Source of the DNA: Cyanidioschyzon merolae
Lineage: Eukaryota
Length of the DNA: 64,000 nt
Strand: one strand, 5' to 3'
Assembly: GCA_000091205.1 (NCBI GenBank)
Contig: AP006486.2
Shown piece by piece: positions 23,395-34,000 of this stretch. Below the pieces are notes generated by a model. That model did no database searches and had not been told where the DNA came from. It worked only from the letters and a program-made list of their open reading frames with translations. How positions within the stretch are numbered: position 1 is the stretch's first letter; every line of letters starts with the position of its first letter. The translations under genes were made by a program, and so were the position numbers.

Positions 23395-23880
23395 CGAGCG
23401 ATGTCGCTGGCATCAGCGCTGCGAAGCGATGCGCATGCCTCGCCATTCAAGTTCTGTCCATATGTATACATTCCAGTATACTATGTACATTCTGCAAGTG
23501 TCGCCAGCGCTGGGCATCGCACCAGCGCTGCGAAGCGATGCGCATGCCTCGCCATTCAAGTTCTGTCCATATGTATACATTCCAGCATACGTATGTACAT
23601 TCTGCAAGTGTCGCTAGCGCTGGGCATCGCACCAGCGCTGCGAAGCGATGCGCATGCCTCGCCATTCAAGTTCTGTCCATATGTATACATTCCAGTATAC
23701 TATGTACATTCTGCAAGTGTCGCCAGCGCTGGGCATCGCACCAGCGCTGCGAAGCGATGCGCATGCCTCGCCATTCAAGTTCTGTCCATATGTATACATT
23801 CCAGTATACCTATGTACATTCTGCAAGTGTCGCTAGCGCTGGACATCGCACCAGCGCTGCGAAGCGATGCGCACATGAAG
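23395..23880. repeat. Minisatellite, about 110-bp unit x about 4.4, immediately upstream of the fumarase gene
   Basis: Unit gcatcgcaccagcgctgcgaagcgatgcgcatgcctcgccattcaagttctgtccatatgtatacattccag.ata..tatgtacattctgcaagtgtcgc.agcgctgg recurs at about 23405, 23513, 23623 and 23732, with a partial unit at 23843. Confidence 0.85.
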
Positions 23881-23961
23881 CATTGGCGTGCGCGGAGCGC
23901 GACTAGCGAGCCTCTCGTTCATTCGCTCGTTATCAGGCGGTGGCAGCGGCTATCCGCGTTC

Positions 23962-25623
23962 ATGAGCGCGCAGCGTGCCAGAGCCGTTTCGAGTCTCTGG
24001 GCGAGCTTGCGGCCACTGGAAGCGTACTTGGCAGCAGGAGAGTATCAGGGTGGGCCTGTGTTTCAGCGAAGACCGGCTTCGACCGGGATCCGCGGTGGTA
24101 CCTCTCACAACGCAGAGCACGCGCTGCCTGGGGGTGGCGTGCGCAGCGCCCTTCAGACGACGCCGCCGGTTGCATCGTACACGCGCTGCTTCGGCAGCTC
24201 TGTGGAGCGTCCAGCAATGCAGGGAGATACCAGAACAGAGCGAGATACATTCGGCCCGATCCTGGTGCCTGCAGATAGGTACTATGGTGCCCAGACAGCG
24301 CGTTCGCTTCGCAACTTTGATATCTGTCGTGACACAGATCGCATGCCACGCCCAATAATCCATGCGTTTGGCGAACTAAAGCGTGCAGCCGCCAAGGCTA
24401 ATATGGCGCTGGGCGTTCTCGATTCGCGGCTGGGAGAGATGATCGTGCGCGCAGCGGAGGAAGTTGCGACTGGCAAGCTCGATGAGCATTTCCCGCTCGT
24501 TGTATGGCAGACAGGCTCGGGTACACAGACCAATATGAACGTGAATGAGGTTATCAGTAATAGAGCAATTGAAATGCTTGGTGGAGAACTTGGATCCAAG
24601 TCCCCGGTGCATCCGAATGATCACGTGAATATGAGCCAGAGCAGTAATGACACGTTTCCGAGTGCTATGCATATCGCTGCTGTACTCGAAATAGAACGCA
24701 AACTGCTTCCAGGCCTGCGCGATCTCCGAAACGCATTGCAGAACAAGTCCACCGCTTTTGAGGACATCATTAAAATCGGCCGAACGCATCTGCAGGACGC
24801 CGTGCCCTTAACGCTGGGCCAAGAGTTCAGTGCCTATGTGCAACAGCTCGAGTTCGGCGAGCAGCGGATGCTGAACGCGCTGGAGCGTCTTCGATATCTG
24901 GCCATCGGCGGAACCGCGGTGGGCACTGGGCTGAACTCACGACGAGGGTTTGATGAGCTCGTCTGCCGGGAGCTAAGCGAGCACACTGGAACCGTCTTCC
25001 GGCCTGCACCCAACAAATTCGAAGCGCTGGCTGCCCATGATGCCATGGTCGAGACCAGCGGCGCGCTGAATACACTGGCGGTGAGCCTCACGAAGATCGC
25101 CAATGACATTCGCTTTCTGGGAAGCGGTCCGCGCTGTGGCCTCGGTGAACTGCAACTCCCCGAAAATGAGCCCGGAAGCAGCATCATGCCGGGGAAGGTC
25201 AACCCAACGCAATGCGAAGCCATGACGATGCTCTGCGCCCAGGTCATGGGCAATCATGTCGCAGTGACGATTGGCGGAAGCAATGGGCATTTTCAGTTGA
25301 ACGTGTACAAGCCGCTCATAGCGTATAACGTGCTCCATTCGACACGCTTGCTCACCGATGGAATGAAATCGTTCGAGTTGCATTGTGTGCATGGCATTGA
25401 GGCGAACCGCGAACGCATTGCCTTCCTTGTGGAGCGCTCGCTGATGCTCGTCACTGCCCTAAATCCAGTGATAGGCTACGACAAGGCAGCAGCGATCGCG
25501 AAGAAAGCTCATCGTGAAAACTTGTCTTTACGGGAAGCGGCTCTCGCTAGTGGCTACATCACCGCGGAAGCGTTCGACCAAGCAGTAGATCCGCGCCGCA
25601 TGCTGGCCCCCGCGGAAACGTAA
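23962..25623 (+). CDS. FUM1: Fumarate hydratase, class II (FumC type), with a putative mitochondrial presequence. The mature core begins near 24217 ([14 protein letters not shown]..).
   Basis: [27 protein letters not shown], the [17 protein letters not shown] signature and full-length collinearity with class II fumarases. The N-terminus [18 protein letters not shown] is Arg-rich and amphipathic. The track ORF starts at 23305 only because the frame stays open through the upstream repeat. Confidence 0.85.
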   Translation: MSAQRARAVSSLWASLRPLEAYLAAGEYQGGPVFQRRPASTGIRGGTSHNAEHALPGGGVRSALQTTPPVASYTRCFGSSVERPAMQGDTRTERDTFGPILVPADRYYGAQTARSLRNFDICRDTDRMPRPIIHAFGELKRAAAKANMALGVLDSRLGEMIVRAAEEVATGKLDEHFPLVVWQTGSGTQTNMNVNEVISNRAIEMLGGELGSKSPVHPNDHVNMSQSSNDTFPSAMHIAAVLEIERKLLPGLRDLRNALQNKSTAFEDIIKIGRTHLQDAVPLTLGQEFSAYVQQLEFGEQRMLNALERLRYLAIGGTAVGTGLNSRRGFDELVCRELSEHTGTVFRPAPNKFEALAAHDAMVETSGALNTLAVSLTKIANDIRFLGSGPRCGLGELQLPENEPGSSIMPGKVNPTQCEAMTMLCAQVMGNHVAVTIGGSNGHFQLNVYKPLIAYNVLHSTRLLTDGMKSFELHCVHGIEANRERIAFLVERSLMLVTALNPVIGYDKAAAIAKKAHRENLSLREAALASGYITAEAFDQAVDPRRMLAPAET

Positions 25624-27307
25624 CCGAAGAGCTCCATCCTCGGTATTCGTTAGCTAGCGATCGCGGCAGCAACGGACCATGAGGAGACGGGGGCGCACCT
25701 GCGAAGCACCAGCACAACAGGAACATGGCTTCCAGGGCAGGATTGCGGTTCCTCCCGATGCGTTGCAGTTTCCGGATGTAGTGCGCAAGAGAATGCTCGG
25801 TGTGCGTTACGCTACCTCAACTTGCCTTCCAGCTGGCAACAGCACCGCTGTTTTCGGCCGGTGCAAGGGCGCTACGCCAACAAAAGCATCCTTACCATTG
25901 CTGCTGTCTCCGAATCGCTAGACGCGCACAAAATGTCAACAAAGTGCCACGTTGTGCGCGTTGCCTCCTACAGAGTGCAAATGCAGTTGCGCAGCTTCCG
26001 TGTCGCGCGTGCATACACCCAGTCCAAACCGTGGTACCGCTACCTTGTCTCTCATGTGAAGTGGCGACTCGCGCTGGTGCGTTCCTGGCACACGTAGAAA
26101 CAGGGCGCCGTGGTATTCCTGCGGCGTGCTGACTACCCAGAGCTCTGCGGAGTGCTCGGCGTTCGCTAGTAGCTTTCGTAGCCGTGTCTTCATTGTAGCG
26201 CATTTGGGGCGAGCATCCCCGACGCAGCAGCCTAGGTTCAGTGCGGCGATCCGGGAGCGATTTGCTTCGCTACACAATTCGCTCTTCGCATCGGTTCCAC
26301 CAGTTCACTGGAAACAGAGAGAGATTATGGAAACCTGATCGTTTTTCGGGGCACTGGAGACCTGATCGAATGCATGCTCGTGACCGGACAGAAGCGAGCC
26401 ATTTCAAGTCTTGACCTTGTGTTCGGCTCGCATTCAAGGTGCAGCCTTGGTGATCGCTCCGGCTTGTCGAAGCGGCTATGTGGCGGTCACGCTGGAGACT
26501 GACTTGGTTCAGTCCGTGTTTTTGGATGCAATACAGTCTTCAGGTGGAATTCCTGGTACCAGAACGAGCGCGCCGCCTGCCGACGACCTGAAGACACAAC
26601 GGTAGCGTCGCGTCGTTGAAGGGTCTATGTCAACAAAAGTGCAACAGCTGATGTGGGTTGGCCGGGATTCGTTTGGTGCTTGCGCCAATGCGAACCTCAT
26701 CGGACGCAAACAGATACCGAACCAGAAAGAAAACAACACTAAACGACACATGATCATACCGCAGCGGAAACGTATGCAAAGCACGACCTACGCGTTTGCG
26801 CTAGAGCGGTGGCGGCTGCGGCGGCTGCTTTGAGCAAAACGAACGAGGAAACCGCAAGCCTGACCTTCGCGATCACAACGTAACCAACCGACCCGCATTC
26901 CAGAGTGTCGATAGCACCACTCCTATGCATAAGGCAACTGGCGATGGACCCTGTCCATAGCGCAACACTGGTGGAGCTGGCTCAGCCTGCTGGCCCGAGC
27001 GCGCTCCCCGTAGAGCGAATGCCCCTACCGCTGCCGCTACGACAGTTGCTGCTGTTGCAGCTCGACTTGTTTTCATCCACCCCTCGGTCTCCAAACACGC
27101 TCAAAAACCCATGCTCAGGTGTCGAGGACGGAAACGCTGCAGTGAATACGTTCGATTGCCGCATACCTCGAAGCAGTACGTCGAAAGCTGCCCGCCGGCA
27201 TCGCGCCGCTGGCTCGACGACTGACCAGGAGCAGGGCCTGCTTCGAGCAGCTGAACCGCTGGCGGCTCTTTCCCGCTGCACCAGTCGTATCAACCAGCTC
27301 GAAGGTA

Positions 27308-27976
27308 ATGATAGAGACTCCAACCCATACAACAGAACCGATAGTCACAGGTTCATCTGTTCTTGGAGTCCAGTGCGTGGACGGTGTCGTGCTTGCCTGT
27401 GACACGCTTGCCTCATACGGTTCGCTGGCGCGGTTTCAACGCATCACGAGGCTGCACCAGCCGGCGCCTGGTGTCGTTATCGCTGGTGGCGGAGAGTACT
27501 CTGACCTGCAACAGTTATTTCGGATCACGGACAATATCTTTCGCCAAGAGTTCTGTCAAGAAGACGGCTATGAGCTGTCGCCGCGCGCTCTCCACAGCTA
27601 TCTTGCGCGTGTGTTGTACGGAAGACGCTCGCGAATGGACCCGTTGTATAACAGCCTAGCGGTCGCAGGGAAGGGTCGCTTCCTGGGCTGCATCGATCTC
27701 TACGGCACCGCCTTTGAGTCGGAAGCGGTGGCGACCGGCATAGGTGCGTTGCTAGCCCTGCCTTTGATCCGGAAACAGTGGCACGCAGCGCTCGCTATGG
27801 ATGAGGGCGTGCGTTTACTCGAAGAGTGTCTTCGGGTGCTTTACTATCGTGACTGTCGCGCGCTCCGATCGGTGCAAGTTGCTAAGGTGTCGGATAGTGG
27901 AGAGGTGCTGATTTCCGAGCCATACGAGCTATCGAACCTGCAGTGGAAGGTTGCGCAAGCTGCTGAAGAGGTCTAG
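27308..27976 (+). CDS. PSMB4: 20S proteasome subunit beta type-7 (PSMB4 / yeast Pre4 homolog)
   Basis: [78 protein letters not shown] aligns along its length with human PSMB4 ([78 protein letters not shown]). Confidence 0.75.
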   Translation: [222 protein letters not shown]

Positions 27977-28388
27977 ATGTTGTTGGATGCGCGTCTGAGG
28001 AACTCGGTTCCGAGCGATGCACCAGGTGCGCAGCGGACGATGCGAGGGAGATGCGAGCCGTCTCGCTGGCTTTAGAGGTCGCAATTTTTAACGAATGTCG
28101 AAGATAGCGTAGAGGCGTGGGGTTTCGTGTACCAGGTTGGCTGCATAGGCACTGTGCGCGAGCTGAGCACCGCGGGAGCGAGCGGCACATTTCCGTGTGC
28201 TGCTACTGCTGGTCAATGCCTGGAAAGAAAAGTATGTGTAGGGAGAAAATGCATCGATGCCGTGGATTAGTTGTACAGCGTCCAGAGCGAAACGAGGTGA
28301 TGGAGGTGCCGGAAGCGGGCACAGAACACCTCCGGCAAAAATGCCGGCAGCGGATCCGGAGTTTTCCGGCAAACATCTCCTCCGATAC

Positions 28389-29510
28389 TCATGGATTCAA
28401 GTCGAAGATGAGCTGCGCATCGCTCCGGTGTTTTCGGAGTATACCGACTGCCCCGGATGCCGCTTCGCATTCGCGCGTTTCTCCCATCGGTGACACTGTC
28501 CCTTCTGCGATTCGTTCATCTTCTGTTGCTGAGTCGCTTTGAATGAACGACTCACCTTCGAGCCATTCAAGCGTGGGTACACGCTCCGGATGAAGCATCT
28601 GTACTGCCGTTGCTTTCATGAACAGAACCCTCCTCAGTGCATGATTGTAGAAAAAGTAATTGAATGACCAGATGATTCCCGGTTCATGAAACGGTCCGTC
28701 AGTATCGTCTGCCTCGACATATGTATATATTTCGCAATTTGGGAAGGCAATGACTTGTTGGACGGTCGTCCAAAGACGTTCTCGAGTCCCAAGCAGCGAC
28801 GTCAGTGACTCACAGGACGATTGTCCGAGCGCGCTCGATGCCAGCGACTTGCCAGCGAGACCCCGCTGCGAGCACGGCGCCGACGCAACAACGCGCTCGT
28901 GGTCAAGCACTCGTTTCCTCCTATACGGAGCGGATGCGATCGCTAGCGTTCGGGCACTGGTTCCAGACTGAATTTGAGGACCACACCTCCCCGAAGCGTG
29001 CTGTCGCCTGCGAGGGATGCGTCCAATGCCAGATGGCCAATGGTCTTTCGCCGACAACGAGGTCGTGTTCCGGGGAAGGCCTCGGCGGAGGCTCTCGTGC
29101 TGCTCATCAATGTATCGGTACGCTTCTTGCAGTGCCAAATCAATGTCGTGTTGTACGGCTGTGGGCGGACATGGCTTGAAGCACTCGAGCGCTCTGGAGG
29201 CAACTCCCGAAAAGTCATATTCCGGAAACGATGTATTCAGCGCGAGAATGAGGTAGATGAGCACCTTGCGTTGATGAGGGTTCGTTCTTTGCGCACGCGC
29301 ACCGACACCCTGAGGCGAGACGCACTCGACTTGAGCTTGTTCGCTCAAACGGTTTTCCAGTGAATGCGCTACTTTCTTATCCGAGTTCGTCGCCTTGCAG
29401 GAGTACGTTTCCAAGACGCACGTGAGGACGGTGTGACCACCCGGGGGCAGCGGCACTTGGTTCAAGTCCGCATTCAGTGCCGAGACACTCGGCAAGTCCA
29501 TAAACTTCAT
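28389..29510 (-). CDS. MAF1: Maf1, repressor of RNA polymerase III
   Basis: N-terminus MKFMDL...LETYSCK and C-terminal box PFHEPGIIWSFNYFFYNHALRRVLFM match the Maf1 A and C boxes (..LWSFNYFFYNKKLKRIVFF). Confidence 0.8.
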   Translation of the reverse strand: MKFMDLPSVSALNADLNQVPLPPGGHTVLTCVLETYSCKATNSDKKVAHSLENRLSEQAQVECVSPQGVGARAQRTNPHQRKVLIYLILALNTSFPEYDFSGVASRALECFKPCPPTAVQHDIDLALQEAYRYIDEQHESLRRGLPRNTTSLSAKDHWPSGIGRIPRRRQHASGRCGPQIQSGTSARTLAIASAPYRRKRVLDHERVVASAPCSQRGLAGKSLASSALGQSSCESLTSLLGTRERLWTTVQQVIAFPNCEIYTYVEADDTDGPFHEPGIIWSFNYFFYNHALRRVLFMKATAVQMLHPERVPTLEWLEGESFIQSDSATEDERIAEGTVSPMGETRECEAASGAVGILRKHRSDAQLIFDLNP

Positions 29511-29849
29511 GCCCGCACGCTTGGTTTTCTTGACTCGTGCTACCGGAGTCTGTGGGCTTTGTTTTCGACACCAGCGCGCGTCCTAGTCGCACCTCGAGCC
29601 GTGCGCTCGCTCACTCAACGTTGATTGGGCGCTTGAAGCTACGAGCAGTGCGCTCAACGGAAAAGCGTCGCGTAACCACGAAACCCGCTGGGCGCTCCCT
29701 CTTCCATAGCTCTTTCGAGCGCTTCTGCTACGGTCTTCAACTAGCACAACACGAACCAGGGTTGTCGTGCGCGACACAACCGCAGCAGCAAACGGTTTGA
29801 AGCACCTCTGCCGAATAGCGTATGGCGCCACCTGGTGCGGGTAAACCTC

Positions 29850-30492
29850 GAATCGCTCGTCGCCTGATGCGAGATGCTGCATTTGGGGCGCTGCTGTGAT
29901 CGTGCATCCTGCAGTGCACCTATAGCGGATATGGTACAGTGCACGATGGTGTATCCGTATTGGAGGATTCGAATTGCTCGTCGCCTGATGCGAGATGCTG
30001 CATTTAGGGCGCTGCTGTGATCGTGCATCCTGCAGTGCACCTATAACGGATATGGTGCAGTGCACGATGGTGTATCCGTATTGGAGGATTCGAATTGCTC
30101 GTCGCCTGATGCGAGATGCTGCATTTAGGGCGCTGCTGTGATCGTGCATCCTGCAGTGCACCTATAACGGATATGGTGCAGTGCACGATGGTGTATCCGT
30201 ATTGGAGGATTCGAATCGCTCGTCGCCTGATGCGAGATGCTGCATTTAGGGCGCTGCTGTGATCGTGCATCCTGCAGTGCACCTATAACGGATATGGTGC
30301 AGTGCACGATGGTGTATCCGTATTGGAGGATTCGAATTGCTCGTCGCCTGATGCGAGATGCTGCATTTGGGGCGCTGCTGTGATCGTGCATCCTGCAGTG
30401 CATCTATAGCGGATATGGTGCAGTGCACGATGGTGTATCCGTATTGGAGGATTCGAATCGTTCGTCGCCTGATGCGAGATGCTGCATTTAGG
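29850..30492. repeat. Satellite-like tandem array, 121-bp unit x about 5.3
   Basis: Units start at 29850, 29971, 30092, 30213, 30334 and 30455, about 95% identical. Unit: gaat.gctcgtcgcctgatgcgagatgctgcattt.gggcgctgctgtgatcgtgcatcctgcagtgcacctata.cggatatggt.cagtgcacgatggtgtatccgtattggaggattc. Confidence 0.9.
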
Positions 30493-31439
30493 ACACAGGG
30501 AAACCTGGAGAGAGCGCCCGATGATCGCTTGCCTGGATGACGATAACAGGCATCAGAGCGTACTCGTGTTCAGGCCCTGGGATGCTGAAGGCGCCTCGGT
30601 GCAGTTGACGAGGCCGCCAACTCGCTCAAGACTAATGATTATTGCTGAAGCAGTATGCGACCTGCGGGCTCAAATCATTCACAAGGTCAACTGCATACTA
30701 CTCACGGATAGCAGCACACAACACCACAGTGTTTGACGAGCACGCCAGGCAATGCTCCACAGAAGCGCTCGAGAACGCATGATCTGCAGCGAACAGATCC
30801 TTCGAGTTGACATCGAGGACATGAAACACGAAGTTCTGCGCGCCTCAATGAAAAGCAAGCTTGTCGCCCGAGCGAAAACCTCTGGACGCGTGTCATCGAT
30901 TCCACCGGTGCACTGTATCGCACACACGGCCACGAGTCGCGCGCTGCCTGGCGTACATACAGGCAGCGTAATGACCGGTGATCGCAGAGCTCCTTGCGGG
31001 CAACGCGGCTAACCTCCGCATCATCTAGCGTCGCCGCGCGTATCACCACGGGCACCCGGGATCGTCGCGTAGAGCGCTACTGGAGCACCTGCTCATGCTA
31101 AAGCCGGGTGCGTTCTCGAGCGCAATCCAAGCTACAGAGCCGCATCTGCGCGTTTGTCCTGCATATGCGACAACTGGCACCGCACGCCTCGGGTACAGCG
31201 TCGTCCAAAATGCTTCTGCCCACGCCACCAATCCCGTGGTGCGTGCTGTAAACTACAAGTGAGGCCTAGTGCAGGCAGCGCGCCATGTACAGCTCTGCGT
31301 TTCTTGTTGATCGCGGAAACGTTGATTTCGACCAGAGATCCTCAAGTGGGCCATGAATACCTGCATCACAGAGATTGACTATCGGTATACGATTTGCCTC
31401 CGTGTTTCGAGAGCAACGGTAACTTCTTACCTTACAGGG

Positions 31440-31985
31440 TGTTCTAGATATCCGATCCAGGATCACCATCAACACGTCCACTGAAGGGATCGTCATTCAT
31501 CTCACAGCATACTCTAGATACCGTACGCAGGATCACCATCAACACGTCCACTGATGGGATCGTCATTCATCTCACAGCATACTCTAGATATCCGATCCAG
31601 GATCACCATCAACACGTCCACTGTAGGGATTGTCATTCATCTCACAGCATACTCTAGATACCGTACGCAGGATCACCATCAACACGTCCACTGTAGGGAT
31701 TGTCATTCATCTCACAGCATACTCTAGATACCGTACGCAGGATCACCATCAACACGTCCACTGATGGGATCGTCATTCATCTCACAGCATACTCTAGATA
31801 TCCGATCCAGGATCACCATCAACACGTCCACTGTAGGGATTGTCATTCATCTCACAGCATGCTCTAGATACCGTACGCAGGATCACCATCAACACGTCCA
31901 CTGTAGGGATCGTCATTCATCTCACAGCATGCTCTAGATATCGTACGCAGAATCACCATCAACACGTCCACTGATGGGATCGTAT
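31440..31985. repeat. Tandem array, 70-bp unit x about 7.8, upstream of Rab11, with two interspersed unit variants
   Basis: tctagata recurs every 70 bp (31443, 31513, 31583 ... 31933). Variants are tccgatccag versus ccgtacgcag, and ctgatgggatcgtc versus ctgtagggattgtc. Confidence 0.9.
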
Positions 31986-32132
31986 CGAGCCAGCACGCGA
32001 GGCGATCGCGCATTCGACGCCACGCGGCTGGGCGGGCGGGCGCCAACGCCAACGCCAGCCGACGACTAGTCTTCTGGTGCACCGGTTGCGCTGTTTAGAA
32101 ACGCAGGGCGCTCGACGGGCTAGCTCCACACA

Positions 32133-32807
32133 ATGTCCGTAAGACCAGATGACGAGTACGACTATCTTTTTAAGATTGTTCTCATAGGAGATAGCGGGGT
32201 GGGAAAGTCCAACCTGCTCTCGCGCTTCACACGGAACGAGTTCAATCTAGAGTCCAAGTCAACGATTGGCGTTGAGTTTGCAACGCGCTCGGTGCAAACC
32301 GACGGTAAAGTGATCAAAGCGCAAATCTGGGACACTGCCGGGCAGGAGCGCTATCGAGCAATCACCTCAGCATACTATCGGGGGGCTGTTGGCGCCCTTC
32401 TCGTCTATGATATATCGAAGCGGTCGTCGTTTGAAAACGCGGAACGGTGGCTGAAAGAACTGCGAGACCACGCTGACCAGAACATTGTGATTATGCTCGT
32501 TGGCAACAAGTCGGACCTGAAGCATCTTCGAGCTGTGACCACGGAGGAGGGTCAGCAGTACGCAGACGCAAGGGGTCTATCGTTTATTGAGACGAGCGCA
32601 CTGGACGCTTCGCACGTGGAGGAGGCCTTCGTCCGCATCCTCACCGATATTTATCGCCTAGTGCACAAGCGCCATCTGGCCAGCGGTGATCCGACAGTCG
32701 CTAAATCCGCCTCGGGTGCTGTCTACCAAGCGGGGCGTGGCGAGACGATCTCCGTCGGTAACTTGTCCCATGATAATCGCTCGTCGAAGCGCAAGTGCTG
32801 TAGTTAA
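32133..32807 (+). CDS. RAB11: Rab11-family small GTPase
   Basis: [28 protein letters not shown], the effector loop [37 protein letters not shown] and ETSAL, plus a C-terminal CC prenylation motif. Single exon. Confidence 0.9.
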   Translation: MSVRPDDEYDYLFKIVLIGDSGVGKSNLLSRFTRNEFNLESKSTIGVEFATRSVQTDGKVIKAQIWDTAGQERYRAITSAYYRGAVGALLVYDISKRSSFENAERWLKELRDHADQNIVIMLVGNKSDLKHLRAVTTEEGQQYADARGLSFIETSALDASHVEEAFVRILTDIYRLVHKRHLASGDPTVAKSASGAVYQAGRGETISVGNLSHDNRSSKRKCCS

Positions 32808-33008
32808 GGCGCCCGAGCACACGCACACGCACACATGCACCTGTTGACTGACTCGGTTAGGATCAGCGACGATAATCGCGCGTATTCCTTCGTCGGACTC
32901 GGGCGTCAACCTCGGGTAACCGCACGATAAGGCGCAGACGTTTCCGAAAGCGTCATGTTCGCGGGTTCGCGCCATCTGCGAGGATTAGCATTTGCCGGAT
33001 CGGAGCAT

Positions 33009-33689
33009 TTACAGTGGATAAGAGTACTCAACCTGGTGTCCCGAATGCACGACGGCCGTCCCGAATGCATTCTGCGTGACAAAAAGCAGCATGACCTCGC
33101 CGGTGTTGCTATCCCGAATGATCCACGGGTGACCCACGTACGTGGGCTGGAAGCGGCTCTTGCCGGGTTCCAGCCACCCAAACGGTATCTCTTGACCATT
33201 GAAATCAATCCAGTTCACTTCGACGACAACACCGGAGTCAGAGAGGTTCTCAAAAAGAATTAAGGTTCGGTCTTCGGTTTCAGAAGAACGGATTCCCTCC
33301 CAGTGGGGGCGCAAGTTGGGCGCCGCGGTCAGTCCCTCAGAAAATGGCAACGTTGGCATATTCGTTTCGGGGAAAGGAGCGGGAAGCGAAATGCCGTCTT
33401 CTACCCAAAGTTGACGAGCCGGTTCCCGAACCATACGAACGATAGCTTGCTCATTTGATTGTGCTAAAGCGGCGAGTACGCCTTTGTTCTCGACAACGGA
33501 CCGCGGCGCCAGCAGCCAGTCCCAGGCGAAGGCCACAGTCGTCGTTGCGCTGCGCGAATAAGACCACTGGTTCGGTGCACAGCACCCACAACCGGAGCGA
33601 CGTCGCCATCGTATTGGAAGCTTTCTCGCACCGCCCGCATTACCAGCGGTGCTAAACCCCAAAACGTGAACAAGCGCACCCGTTCCCAT
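33009..33689 (-). CDS. Hypothetical protein with a VHL beta-domain-like segment
   Basis: LILFENLSDSGVVVEVNWIDFNGQEIPFGWLEPGKSRFQPTYVGHPWIIRDSNTGEVMLL follows the pattern of the pVHL beta domain ([56 protein letters not shown]). The match was done by eye. Confidence 0.35.
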   Translation of the reverse strand: MGTGALVHVLGFSTAGNAGGARKLPIRWRRRSGCGCCAPNQWSYSRSATTTVAFAWDWLLAPRSVVENKGVLAALAQSNEQAIVRMVREPARQLWVEDGISLPAPFPETNMPTLPFSEGLTAAPNLRPHWEGIRSSETEDRTLILFENLSDSGVVVEVNWIDFNGQEIPFGWLEPGKSRFQPTYVGHPWIIRDSNTGEVMLLFVTQNAFGTAVVHSGHQVEYSYPL

Positions 33690-33846
33690 TCAAGCGCACG
33701 GAGGTCTTTTCGCGGTTGCAGCTCCCAAGCAAGCTCTGAAAATATGGTTCCGTTCAAAAAAAGATTCCCTGATACTTTACAAGTTTGTATATGTGTTAGA
33801 AAGCTGCAAGCGAAGATACCGGTCTCGAGCAACACGATGTTCGAAA

Positions 33847-34000
33847 GTCGAACGTCGCCACCGGTGTACAGTAGTGGCGACCGGCGCCCTAGACAAGAAG
33901 TCGCTAACGGATGTGCAGACATCTCCCAGCCGCTTTGGACCGGCCACCTTCTACTGGTTCCAACTTTTTCTCGTATAGTTCCACTTTGAGAGGTTGTCCG
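33847..34000 (-). ncRNA. Candidate omega-RNA (reRNA) scaffold region at the 3' end of Fanzor copy 1. This is a prediction and its extent is unknown.
   Basis: In TnpB/Fanzor systems the guide RNA scaffold overlaps the 3' end of the ORF and ends at the element's right end. Here a perfect 8-bp stem (gtcgccac/gtggcgac, 33853-33880) lies about 10 bp inside the point where copy 1 and copy 2 stop being homologous. Confidence 0.25.

Noticed and set aside
23305-23961. N-terminal 220 aa of the 772-aa fumarase ORF and the overlapping [16 protein letters not shown].. ORFs
   Set aside because: The frame is open by chance through the 110-bp tandem array; peptide repeats follow DNA repeats. Fumarase homology starts only after 23962 to 24217.
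29583-30428. Family of overlapping minus-strand ORFs (MHCRMHDHSSALNAASRIRRRAIRILQYGYTIVHCTIS..) listed repeatedly in the track
   Set aside because: They are the same 121-bp repeat unit read in frame over and over; the amino-acid recurrence mirrors the DNA repeat, so this is not a gene.
29850-31985. Possible CRISPR arrays (regular direct repeats of 121 bp and 70 bp)
   Set aside because: Units are contiguous with no unique spacers, unit lengths are far larger than CRISPR repeats, and the context is eukaryotic nuclear DNA. These are minisatellites.
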